Positions 1 to 12,207 of a stretch of DNA of 64,000 nucleotides are shown here, piece after piece. Numbering within the stretch: position 1 is the first letter of the stretch; each line of letters starts with the position of its first letter. The stretch covers positions 20,584,001 to 20,648,000 of the forward strand of contig CM120646.1 in NCBI GenBank assembly GCA_051362555.1, written 5' to 3'. The notes under the pieces are model-generated. The model had not been told where the DNA came from, searched no databases, and was given only the letters and a program-made list of their open reading frames with translations. The position numbers and the translations under genes were made by a program. This DNA is from Lingula anatina. Its lineage: Eukaryota > Animalia > Brachiopoda.

Positions 1-3000
1 AGAAATGTGATAAGCTTTTCTCTTGGTTAACTGAAGAGAACAAGAAAATAGAAATGAAAGAAAGATCAACAGTAGCCATGGAGTTTTTGAAGGTATTGGC
101 TGCTTTTGGCAAATGAGAAATTTATTTTCCCAGATAACCAGTTCATATTTACTTTTTTGATCCATGTTTTTTTTTTTAGGTGTGTGGAATGTTTTATGGT
201 ATTCTTAAGTTTGCTTGCTTTGTGCACAAAATATCATCAAAATTAGATTGGGATCATACATTTAAAATTAAACTGATGGCTGATGTTTTATAAATTATCA
301 ATTTTTTCACTGTTTGTGAAAGTTTTCATCTATTTATTTTCAATATCAGCTTAAAGGGATAAATACTCTTGGCCAAAAACAGATTTTTCTGGGATGAACG
401 ATGATTTTCCCATTCTTGCCAATGGTTTGTGCATCCACTGACATTCAAAGGGGTCCTGATTTTTTTTTTAAGTACGATATTTGGAATAATCTGTTAAGAG
501 ATTAAGAGATAGTTAAGGAGGCACAGCCATTCACAAATGTCAACATGTCCTGATGGTAAGCACAGATCCAAGAATAATTGGTATAACCCCTGTTTTCGTG
601 GTAAAATGGAATTATTTTTGCAAGTTGTTTATTATGTATTTAATGTGAAATATGAATCTCCAACGAACAGTTGTTATCCTTTAATGACCAAACAGAAATG
701 TTTAGACCATAGGGTATGGGTAACTGTGCTAGTTGAGGTTGGATTTTCAAGCTCAGGCTGAAAGTACCAGTCAAGACTGATTTAGTTTGTGCACACTTAA
801 TTTGCTAGTAAAGCCTGATGGCACTACTTGAGCCTTGTCTCGTTATGCTGAAAGCCTTTTTTTTTATTGTTTATTTTTTTTTTTTTTTCACTTTTTTGAC
901 TTTGAGACTTAATGTGTGTTTTTTTCTCCATATTCTGTTTAGGTGATGCGTAAATTAGAGCAGTCCTCAGAAATACCATCAGTGGTCAAGGTTAAAGACT
1001 GGTTAGTTGAAAATTTAGATGGTCTAAGTGTGGCTGTCCTGGCAGACTTGTATCAAATGTACATTAACTCCCCAGTCTCCGAAGAACGCTCATCAATATT
1101 GACCCAGACCCTGGAGAGGCTAAGATCTGGAGTTCTCTCTCCAGAGGATACTTTTCACTTGCTGGTGCGAAGCCGTGATGCGGACTTGATTGATATGTTT
1201 CTACCCGTCATTAAAGCCAACTTGGGAAAGATGCAGTTCAGGGAGTTCTCACTTCTGATGCAGTCCATGGCATCAGTTCAAGATCGTAACAAAGTTATCA
1301 TAAACATGATATGTTCCTCTCTAGCGGATAGGTTTGAAGAGCTGGAGGTACGGAAGAAGCCTGTGGCACAAGTGGTTTCATTGGTTGAATCACTAGCAAG
1401 GTTACATATTTACAATGGCGACCTATTAGAAAAGCTGGCCCAGGTACTCGTGCGGAACAAGCGGTTCATGAGTGCAGCTCAGGTGTTAGAACTGTTGTCT
1501 TCATTGTCACACCTACGCCTCAGGGACCCAATGCTGCTAGCCTTCATTGACAGTGAAATTGACCAGAAACACATGGTTTTAGGCCGCGCATTTCCAAAGA
1601 AACTTGCAGATGTGTTACTGTCATTTGCTAATTTGAATTACGTTCCTGAATATAGTTGGATATCCGAACCAATGTTTTGGAGCTACTTTGAAGTAAGTTA
1701 TGATGACAGATGAACATTTCTATTTTGAAAACAACCAAAACTTTCTGCTGTCTTTTTTTTCATCCATTGCCCTTTAAAAGGCTAAGTGTCCTCTCTCAGA
1801 GTCTGACAGGGGAAGGGTCCTTTGCACAGCAATTCAAGAAATGTAAATAGACACTTAAACTAACAGAAGGTTGTATGTTATTTTATTGTTTGCTCTTCTT
1901 GGACAAAGTTTTTAAGTTGTAATGGAGTAGATACAATGTATTACTATATGGCAATATATAAAGGACAGCTTATTTTTGCCCAGAAGGATACCACAATACA
2001 CATCCAATAGAACACCCCAATACAAAATCCTGTAGGACACCCCAATACACATCCTTTAGAACACCCCAATACATAACCTATAGGACACCCCAAAACACAT
2101 TATGTGGGGTATCCTAATACACATCCTTTAGAACACTCCAATACATATCCTATAGGACACCCCAAAACACATTATGTGGGGTATCCTTATACACCTCCTT
2201 TAGAACACCCCAATACATATCCTATAGGACACCCCAATACACATTCTGTGGGGTATCCTAAATACACGTCCTTTAGAACACCCCATTACATATCCTATAG
2301 GACACCCCAAAACACATTCTATGGGGTATCCTAATACACATTCCCTGTGATGCCTCAATTCAAATCCAGTGGGATGTCCCATACACATCCAGTGAGATTG
2401 TCCAATACATAGCCAGACATGCTGAAAACTTTTCAGAATGACCGGACATTTGGACCGGCAGTAATGAAAAATTTGCTGGACCGAATGGATTTTTGTCGGA
2501 CCAAAAATCCCTATTCGTTTAAGACTGATACTACCAGTACGATTAGGGTAGCTTACTTTGTTGGTGAATGTGATATAGGCTTGAAATGGAAGGGAAAAAA
2601 CGCTTTGGGTTTTATATAATTTTATAAGTGAAGTATGTCGAATTATGACTGTAAATTCAAAATTGCTGCTCTTAAAACTCTTATAGGTCCTTTGGACCGA
2701 CCATGTCCAATTTTTTACCGGTCCAGACAAAATTTCCCGGTCATGACCGATCGGACCGACAGTTTCAGCATGTCTGCATAGCCCATGGGAAACCCCAATA
2801 TAAATTACTAGATTATGGCAAAATTGACCATATTGACTCCATTATATTGTAGACCACCCCAGTTCAACACAAACATGTCTGGCTGGACATGATATGGTCA
2901 CTGGTCATCTTGAACAAGGCTCTCCCAGATCAGATACAGAGCGTCTTGTCACCAAGTTTTTATGAACCATTATTGAAGACATTTGAGGAGAAAGATGGTA

Positions 3001-4908
3001 AGTGGAAATTCTTTAACATGTTGGACATTGGGATTTTGATCAAGATTTTATTTTTTATTTATTTATTTTTTATTTATTTTAATATTAGTTATTTTATTAC
3101 TATAATTATAAAATATTTTTGAATTTATTTTGTTGATTTATTAGAGGTGGATTTATTAGAAAGGAAATATATATATATATATATGTACATATATATATTT
3201 TATTATATTGTGGGTATTTGTAATTCATAAGCAGTATTTAACTTTAAGTACCAATTATTATGCACTCTCTTTTATCTGTGGGGTATACCCAACTAATCAT
3301 GTTGAGAATTTCAACTATGGCAACATCTTTAAATTGTGGTTTCAAGAATACATTGCTAGATTTTTTCACTCACTTCTTTGGGGCCATTCAGAGTGAGAAG
3401 ATCCGATTGCTAACTGGTCCACGGCCTAAATATGGCAGACTTAGATGAAAGGAAGACCGCTTAACCCTGTAATGGACTCCCCGCCTCTGACACACCTCCC
3501 TAGGCGTCGTCCCTGCAGGGGCACAGTAATTAAATCTTGGGTCTATTCGACTGGTGGATGTGTGGGGAGGCGTGTAAGAGGTGGAGAGTCCATTACAGGA
3601 TTAAGCGGTCTTCCATTCATGTAGGTCCGCCATATTTAGGCCATGGACCAGTTAGCACTCATTCCTCTCATTCTGAATGGTCCCTTTGACCTATTTACTC
3701 TCACTGGGCTCTATTTTTCATAGTACACACTGGTCCATGCTGTATTTGTTTCTTAGTATATAAGGCCATTCAGAATAGGGGACTAACTAGTCCATGGGTC
3801 AAATATGGCGACCCACTACTAAGCTTGCCGTCTAATCTGCTAATAGACACTGAATAGATATCCCATGGGGAAGTATTTGAGTGGGTCGGCCATGTTTGAC
3901 ACTTGGACTGGTTGGCCTCCTATTCTGAATGGGACCTATGATAAATTTGTAATAATAATCGGAAGATAATATTGTTGAATATCATTTTTAAAAAATAAAG
4001 CTCATAATTATTGACAATCCTTTTTATCTGACTGATTTAACAAATAATAGTTTCTTATTACCATCCCCCTGCCTGGCTGGGCCATCATCACTGCGACTGA
4101 TTCTTTTCAGCTGGCGTTCAGCAGAATTTGGCCTGCAGAAAGTTACTGCAGATAAATGCCAGCGCCAATTTGGACATGGAGGGGACGTATGAAGGGGAGC
4201 TGCTGCCGGAGGATTTTATCACCAGATATAACGTGAAGGTGTGTCCCTTTGTCACTGTCAGTCTTGTCTTCATAAAACTGCCCTTTTATACCAGCCAGAT
4301 ATTGTCATATTTTTGAAAAAATTAAAAAGGTGCAGTATCATGAATGATTTGGCAAAAAATAAAAATAAAAGGTCTGCTCTTGGTAAAATTTGATCTAATG
4401 TTTTTTGGTAAAAGTTACACTTTTTTATTTTTTTATTCAGGTATCTCTCCCCCCCCCCCCCCCTTCCCCCCAAATTAACGGCGTAAATATCAGGATGAAA
4501 GCTATCTTGCACAAATGCCTATAGTTAAAAAAGAGAAATTATAAGTTGTTTTAAGTCCTATTTTGGATAATATTATAAACCGCATAATCATGTCCCTTAC
4601 TTACAGTACTACAGTATCTTTGATAGTAATATGATCAATGGCGCTGTAATCAAGGTTGTGATTTTTCTGTTTTTTAACTTTGTTTTTTTTTTTTTTTATT
4701 TCTGGGATAATTGCACAACATCCTCCATTTTCACCCCCACCCCCCACCTAACAAATTACATCCCTTTGTAATTTGGCAGGTGTCTATAATTGCCATAACG
4801 TGTAAAACTCTTCAGGAAAAGGCTGAACTGATAATTATTTTAATAATTACTCAAGTTGAGGAAAATTTAAAATGGCTTTTTTATACATGTATTTGTACAA
4901 ATAAAAAA

Positions 4909-4939
<31 letters not shown>

Positions 4940-5071
4940 TAGCCTCCCTCCATTCCCAAGGTCTCCCTGGTGCATGCACTGAGTAAGGTGGTAAAACTCC
5001 AGGCTGTCAGTGAGGACTGCTTCAAGGAGAATGTGTTCCTAGACTCGGGCCACTTGATCCGTGAGTGGTCT

Positions 5072-5105
<34 letters not shown>

Positions 5106-6166
5106 CCAACAAAGTGCATGTAAACATTATATGTGAGTAGTCTTCTGGGATTTTGTGCTTGACTAGTTCTGGCATTTTTTCCATTATCGATTTTTAATTT
5201 TGCAAGTTTATCTACATGACACATACTTTTTACCTTTAAGTTGTAAATCATTTTCCTGTTTGTGTTTCAGATGTGGAGCTGCTTCTGAATCAGCAGGGTT
5301 TTTATGAACCTCTTGATAAAGAGCACTCAGATGATGTATTCAGGTAGGAGTTTTTTTTTTTTTCTGTTAGCAACGTTATTCAAAAAGTTGTGAATGGAAT
5401 TTGAAAAAAAAAACTTTTTGAGAATTTTTTGGGAGGGGGCCAAGTAATAAATTCTTCGATTTATAATAAACAGTAAGTGGTAATTTAGGTAATTATTTGT
5501 TTGTCTCTGTGTAATATTATGCAAAAGGTTGTGGACGGATTTTGATTACATTTTAGAAACTATTTCAAAGAGAATGTATAAAATAATTATTCAATTTTGG
5601 TGGTGACCAGTCGATTGAGTCTATGTGCCTTTGAGCAACATAATGCAAAAAATATAGATTTTGATTTAATTTCCAAAATAGGTCAAAAGTGGTTTAGATT
5701 TTGGTGTTAATTTATTAGCAAATTGCTAATGCCAATTGAGCATTTGAAATTATAATAATTTATTAAATGCATAATAATAAAAACTGAGCTGCTTTGTCTT
5801 AACAAGTTATTTCTGTATTTAATAGTGTTATTTTCATCGTTACAGTAATTATTTTTATTCTGATTGTTATTATTTCATTTTACTAATTTTTTCAGAGGGT
5901 GGGGTATATTTTCATTCATTTCAAAATGTCTGCTCTCTAGTTAGCAACATATTTGCCAGAAAATATGTCCTTCATATTTCCTAACATGCATTGTACTTGA
6001 TCTATGTTCAGAGTGGCCGTCATTGTGATGGATTTCCCTTTCATGACGCTGGGAGACGTGCAGCCTGTGGGAGCATTTGCACTTACAATCAGGCACTTGG
6101 AGAAACTTGGATACTTAGTGGTAGAGGTGAGTATTATAAGAAAAAGAAAAATGTGTGTTTGTGTGC

Positions 6167-6216
<50 letters not shown>

Positions 6217-6434
6217 ATATATATGTGTGTGTGTGTGTGTGTGTGAGTGTGTGTGTATTTGTCCGTGCATTCGCACACATGCTTCTCTATATGTAGATGA
6301 ATGACTGTGCAACGGTGCATCTGAGAGTATATAAGAGAATTGGAGCAAATCTGTGATGTGTAGTAGTATGCATTTACAAGGCATACATGTATTTACCAGT
6401 ATGACTTTGACTTCAAAAAAAAAAATTATATAAA

Positions 6435-6496
<62 letters not shown>

Positions 6497-6647
6497 CGAA
6501 AGAAATTAACCAGATCGACACCTCATTTCTCTATTCCAGATTCCTTACACAGAGCTGGGAGTGGAGTCAAAGGTCAATGTCCTCAGCAATGCCCTGAAGA
6601 GAGCAGTACAAAGCAGAATCGCTGACCAGCTCAGTGAAGCAGTCTGA
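1..6647 (+). CDS. FAST kinase domain (FASTK family) RAP-domain mitochondrial RNA-binding protein, TBRG4/FASTKD4-like; 5'-truncated by the window edge
   Basis: Phase-consistent GT-AG exons <1..92, 943..1692, 2853..2997, 4111..4238, 4943..5060, 5271..5343, 6012..6126, 6540..6647 (TGA); about 508 aa visible. Leu-rich helical repeats, a FAST_1-like 'LADVLLSFANLNYVP', 'WLDMIWSLVILN', and a C-terminal RAP-like segment 'RVAVIVMDFPF...GAFALTIRHLEKLGYLVVEIPYTEL'. AATAAA at 7264. Confidence 0.85.
1985..2413. repeat. Intronic minisatellite, ~21-bp unit (ACACCCCAATACACATCCTWTAGR-like) with ~63-bp higher-order period
   Basis: Repeated acaccccaatacacatcctttaga / cctatagg / tatgtggggtatcc units are directly visible. 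They generate the spurious ORF 2104..2334. Confidence 0.85.
2414..2776. mobile_element. Non-autonomous TIR element (MITE) with 6-bp TSD, possibly hAT-related
   Basis: TIRs CAGACATGCTGAAA (2414) and TTTCAGCATGTCTG (ending 2776), with CATAGC on both sides. Multiple subterminal GGACCG motifs. Confidence 0.75.
3380..3684. mobile_element. Fold-back MITE with ~120-bp inverted arms (PIF/Harbinger Tourist-like)
   Basis: GGGGCCATTCAGAGTGAG...CTCATTCTGAATGGTCCC termini, long imperfect inverted arms, TTT on both sides. A partial related copy lies at ~27530..27724. Confidence 0.75.
3762..3936. mobile_element. Short MITE related to the 3380..3684 family
   Basis: GGCCATTCAGAATAGG...CCTATTCTGAATGGG inverted termini, with internal inverted AAATATGGCGACCCACT / AGTGGGTCGGCCATGTTT. 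Confidence 0.65.
6171..6492. repeat. (CT)n/(GT)n/(CA)n microsatellite cluster; similar tracts at ~10986, 19740, 29337, 31197, 34588, 38188, 46555, 57147, and (AAT)n at 32676 and 61826
   Basis: Directly visible di-, tri- and tetranucleotide runs. They account for many low-complexity ORFs in the track. Confidence 0.95.
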
Positions 6648-7349
6648 TTTGCTGACTGTCATAGATCTTATCACCTGAAGTTAAATTTTTCACTGGAAAC
6701 ACGGACATGCTGCTTTCTCTGCCCCTGCTGTTCTTCACACAGTTTACCATGTGATCTTTGACCCCAGGGAAGTCACGTGATTTCATATGACCTTTGACCT
6801 GAGACATGAATTCAAAATTATGGACTATGAACAACAGTAATATGTTGTCTTGCAGATCTTAGAATGTTTTGCTTGTTCCATGCTGTTTTTGCCCTCTGAG
6901 CTGCTTTGGTGGAGAAAAAGCTGATTAAGTATAGTGCTAGAACTTGGTATATGTGAGCAATTTGAATTTGTCCAGTGAAATATAAGACGTTCAAAAACGC
7001 TTTTAAGGATAAATGATCATAAAATAAGTCACGTTTACATTTCTTCCATCAAATAATCTATTTGAATTAGATTTTACTACATTGGTTATGTGAAATAACT
7101 GTTTTCTTGAAATATGTTAGAGTTGAGTCAAAAATCACAGTTACAATTTGGGTTATTCAACAAAAAAGTGGACATGTGAGCCCATGACACACATTTTGTG
7201 TAATATTTGCATAGCTGTTTTATAATAAGTTTTAATTACTGTTGCATTTTTTTTATATTGGAGAATAAATATGCTGTAATGTTAAGCATTGTGTCACTGA
7301 CAAGACTCGAAGGTTCACTTTTTGTTTGAATGACCCTTAAAAAGGTGTG

Positions 7350-7475
7350 TACCCTCTACCAGGGTCACAGATGGGAGTTTTCAGTAGATATTCACAAACG
7401 TGTCTGGCTGATTCACAGTACGATGCTTTACTGCTCTCTCGCGTTGGAGAAAATCTGCAACCCTGGTAGAGGGTA
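7350..7475. mobile_element. Small TA-flanked MITE
   Basis: TACCCTCTACCAGGGT ... ACCCTGGTAGAGGGTA perfect inverted ends. The same end motif CCTGGTAGAGGGTA recurs at ~62683 and ~63228. Confidence 0.6.
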
Positions 7476-10400
7476 GTTCACCTGTCTGGTTTTTCATTTA
7501 CTAGTTAAAAGACGGTGTATTGTGAAGAACAAAAGTCTCATCACAAATTCGTTGAGGAATGAATATGTAGATTGAAAGTTGAGGAATGAATATGTAGATT
7601 GAAAAATGGAAAGTAAAGGTGAACGGTTTTCTGCGTTTGTTTTCTGAAAAAGAGATGTATGAAAAGTTAAATTTTTTATTTTATTTTTTATTTATACTTA
7701 TTTATTTATTTGCGGTAAAAGTTGATATGGAGATCCATTTGTGTGCTGAACGTCAATTCGAGTATTTGATGCTATCGGAGAGACGGAAGTTGTTTTGGAG
7801 GGGGTGCAAATGCGGGGACTATTTGAAAACAATTTTCCCTTTATCCTATGAGAACTAGACTCTATGTAAGTAAACATGGAATTTCTGACATTCGAAATTC
7901 CTCCGTCAAGCAGAGATGCTCTTTCTGTAACATGATTATTTGTAAGACGGTGACTTGCATTTATTGCCTTTGACTTGAGTCAATACGCTATTTTTTAGAT
8001 CTTTGAGTATTATGTCTGTTGATGGCATTAAACGTCAGTGTTGAGGTTTATCAGAACTCGAATTCCCGATTGAGACAATATGTTGAAACTTGATACATAA
8101 CATTAATTAAATTGTAAATAATCGTAAATTTTAAATAATTAAAACATTGTTGTGCGACATCAAAAGACATAGAAATGCGATGCCCTTGAAACCCTCGTCT
8201 TGTTTCAAAACCTGGGAGTGCAGAATCCAAGGTGCGACAGTTGTGACGGAGAAGCCCTGACACCCGTATGCCGTGTGTCGCTGGTGTCACATCATTGGAT
8301 CAAAATTTACAAAATGAGTCTCCAATTTGTGTATTTTGATAAATATATCGTTAATTGGGCATGTTTTCTGAAAAATATGCTCCATTCTGACGGTCTGACG
8401 CAAACCGTTTAACAATCAATTTAGATTTGAAAATTACATACTAGGAGCTAAAAAGACAATTTAAGAGTTAATCTGAAAAATACAGATAGCTTGTTAAAAT
8501 TCTAAAATTAGGAGTTACTTATGATAATTAAGAATCATCTACTAGTAAAGAATAGAAGTTCAAAGAAAACACTGCACAAGACAGACAGAGACGCGGTCAC
8601 CAGACGACCAATACACGCGTTATGGTACAACATCTATCTTTTCCTCAATGACAAACACTAGAGACCCGGGCAACAGTAACGTACTCACGTTTTAAACAGT
8701 GATATATCACTATACATATATATATAAATACTGATTTCACACACGTTAGTAATCAAGTTAAGGGCTTAACATATTTTAGAGTCTAAGCCAAGAAACTGAA
8801 TAAGAAATGGCTAGACGATCATTTAAGTGGGCATTTGCTCCGTATGGTGAGAACGTGTTCTATAAAAAGAAAAAATTGCGAGAAGAACAGGGGCAGGACA
8901 TTAAGTAAGACGTGCACGGCTGCAGACCAAAGATTTGTCGGAAAACCGAAGAAAAAAGCGTAACCAAGAGGACTGCGGTGAGTTTGTAAAAGGAGTATGA
9001 TAGCGTAAAATATATTCTTTGTTGTTGCAACAACAGCTGTATTTTTTATTGATAAAATCAAACATTTCTGAAAAATATGTTGCAAGTCGGAGTCAAATTG
9101 TATCGCCATTTCTGGTCAAATGAAAATAAATGCTAAGCGTTATTTAGTTTGTATATCTTGAGATAACACAAACGCAAATTACTAATTTTTGTCTTTCTAA
9201 TTTAAACTTTGCAAAGTTAATTTAACACATATTTACTTGTATTTAACATCATATTTTTATTGGAAAATTTTTACTTAACGAAGAATTTTTGTCATTTTTA
9301 TTTAAACCTTGTAAAGTTAATTTAACACATAATAATGATATGTTTTTCACATCATATTTTACTTAGTAAATTTTAACGTAACGAATGCAAATTTTAATTT
9401 AAAAGGAATGCGTTCAGACAAATATGTGAATATCTGTAATGACAAAACAAGGTTTCCACGTTTGACAATATCATAAGCAATTATTTCCTTGATAAAATAT
9501 ATATATTCTCTCTAGGTTTGCCATGACAGTTTTTACATCGGTGCTTCAGTTTGTATTATAAACATTTTTTAAGTCAGGGAAGTGGGACTAATTGAGTGAT
9601 GCTCACAAGATTATTGGAATAAGAGAAAATTGAGCAAAATTAAATGTCGCATGCACATTTTTGCCCTTGTCATTGTTGAGTGTAGTCTGAGTTCAAATTC
9701 TTTCCAGCACATACCAAGGGCGAGGATGTTTCCTCGAACGGAAGAAACGGCTCAATAAAAACGCCCGCGTTTTAAAAGCTCGCCTTAAGTGCAATCACAG
9801 CATTGGTGATATCAATCTGCAGCAGAATTTCATATTTATAGTAAGGGTGCAGCTAGAAGTAGGGGGGGGGGGGGTTGCTAATAAAACACCTGGTGCTAGT
9901 AGTAGGTTCACAACTCGAGTGCCAAATAATCAACTATGCACGCGAGTTGTATTTTCTGCACCAACTTAAACGTGCCAAACTGCCCTCATCAGATCTTGTC
10001 CGAGTATATCAGAGTTAAATCCGGTCTTTTGTTGAATCTGCTTGTGCTGTGTGGCACCCCGGATTAAGCAGGAAACAATACAAAATAATCGAATCCATCA
10101 GTTGAGGACACTTAGAATCATATTTCCCGATTTACCAAATGTCGGTTCTCTGAACGAGCGGCACATAGACCTCTGCCAATCATTCTTTGTGAAAAATTTA
10201 AAAAAAAATGACAGAGACAAGCTGAATTGCTTTTAACCTGTAAACTGCGTAGCTAGTCAAATTTCTATGTACCAAAATTCAGAACCGAACGTTTTAAAAA
10301 TACCTTTAAACCCTTTTCCTTATCAAACTATTAGTGGTCTGTGTTTTATTTTGGAACTCATCTTGGTCTTTATTGTTTATCTTTTAACTTTTGAGGATGG

Positions 10401-10984
10401 TGCTTTATTTATTTTTGAGCTCATTTTGGCCTCATTCTACATCCTTTATTTAATGTAAACTGTTTTATTTCGGAATTTTTATCCTAATCCAGTTTATGTA
10501 CAACTTCAACCTTCTGGTTGCTATGTATTAATAAAGATATTATTATTATTATTATAACTACTTGGGTGGCACTATCAACACATATTTTGATAACTAGGGC
10601 GATGATTGTAGGGTGAACAGAATGAGATTGACATGCATAAATTATTTTTTTCCGAAAAGTTACTTTATCCAGGTTTCCTTGCATTGACGAAATACCTTAA
10701 CCTTTTTGTCCGAGTAGATTTGCACGAAGAAGACATTTCTAGTGCCGAATACGTCAGTAAACCAGACACATTAAAAACGAAGAGACCTTGATCTTGATAG
10801 TGACAACATTATTATACAGAGCCAAAGGTCTTGTAGAGTCTATGAAGGACAAAAATATATAATTTATACGTGGGACATCATCAGCGAAAGCACGAACACG
10901 CACTTTTTAATGTTTACTTGTAGAGAGGAGACCAACAAGGTGACCTTTTTACCTGCAAATCGAGGTCTTGATTTCAGGTGTACC

Positions 10985-11026
<42 letters not shown>

Positions 11027-12164
11027 GGGGGTGTGTTCTTTTCTGAATTTTTAAGCACTCTTGCTTTATAACACTTACAACTTGATTTATAGTCAATTTG
11101 ACCTGATTCTATTCCAATAAAAAATATGCATTTAACAGCATTGTGCATGTTTTCATTCCATCATATCATCAGCTTTAATAAAATTTTAACTAGACTATTG
11201 CAAGAATAAGATAATACAGTGTCTTCTGTCTTGTGAAATAGTTTTTGGTTTCCATTAATAGAGCATTTACGTTAATTAATAACTAAGTATGTGCTTAATC
11301 AAAAGTCAGCAAGACCCTATATTTTATCACTTTGCGCAACCATGTTTCACTGCATCCCAGAACCCCGAGCTTTAGAATCTTGCAAGCGATTTTTTAAAAA
11401 TGGGAGAAAATACTGTTTTGCTCTCAAGAGCGTCCGGTATTTGACAACGTATTCTTAATCGTTGGAAGTGCAAGTGGTATTCTTAATCGTTGGAAGTGCA
11501 AGTTCGCGCGCTCATTATACATGGTTTAGGCTTGAGCCATGTGATTGGAGGCGTACACTTCGCTCTAGACCTTTACATCCGAAAATTAACTGGAAAATGT
11601 CAATGGTTTTCCCCTAATCAGTAATATGCATGTTACTGTTGTGTTTACCTTAAACAAAATTGTTGTGAAAATCCCGATCTGTTAACACGTATTTGACCTG
11701 TAGATTTTTTAAAATTATACCAATAAAACTGAAATCCACCACTGTGTTTCTCCATTGCGCGTCTCAAATGGGTGAGGGAAGGGGGTCATTGTTAGTCCCT
11801 GAATTGTTTTGGACATGGTATACCTCAGTAATCAAGAAAAAAAAGCCTGGAAATCTCCATGAAATTATCAATATTTGCTATATAAAGATCTAGCGCCCAC
11901 TGTCCGCCTTTAGGCAACCAGCACCAGTACGTGTCGCAGGTATGAATCGCAAATTTGATTGCTTGATCATGTGTTGCGCAGCCCTGACACACCCCCCATT
12001 GTTTTCTTGAAATAAGCCGCACTAATAATCCCCTCTTGATATTAGAATTTTGAAGAGCTGGATCATAATTCTAAATTGCGCCAAATGGCACCGATTGCCC
12101 TCAAAACACCGAACCCTTCACCAAGGGGGCAAGGGTCGGCTTTGCATCCGAGGCCTGCCATTCT

Positions 12165-12207
<43 letters not shown>

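Noticed and set aside
388-600. Possible intronic snoRNA in the FASTK gene (GATGA...CTGA...CTGA; vertebrate TBRG4 hosts SNORA5)
   Set aside because: The C box is imperfect, there is no terminal stem or closing hairpin, and I recognised no rRNA-complementary guide. An Infernal/Rfam scan would be needed.
1985-2413. Regularly spaced repeats resembling a CRISPR array, and ORFs 2104..2334 and 2200..2730
   Set aside because: The units are contiguous without unique spacers, the context is a eukaryotic intron, and no cas genes are present. It is a minisatellite.
7548-11503. Short direct duplications (27 bp at ~7550, ~115 bp at ~9180, 27 bp at ~11449; another at ~63795)
   Set aside because: Ordinary local slippage duplications with no sign of function.
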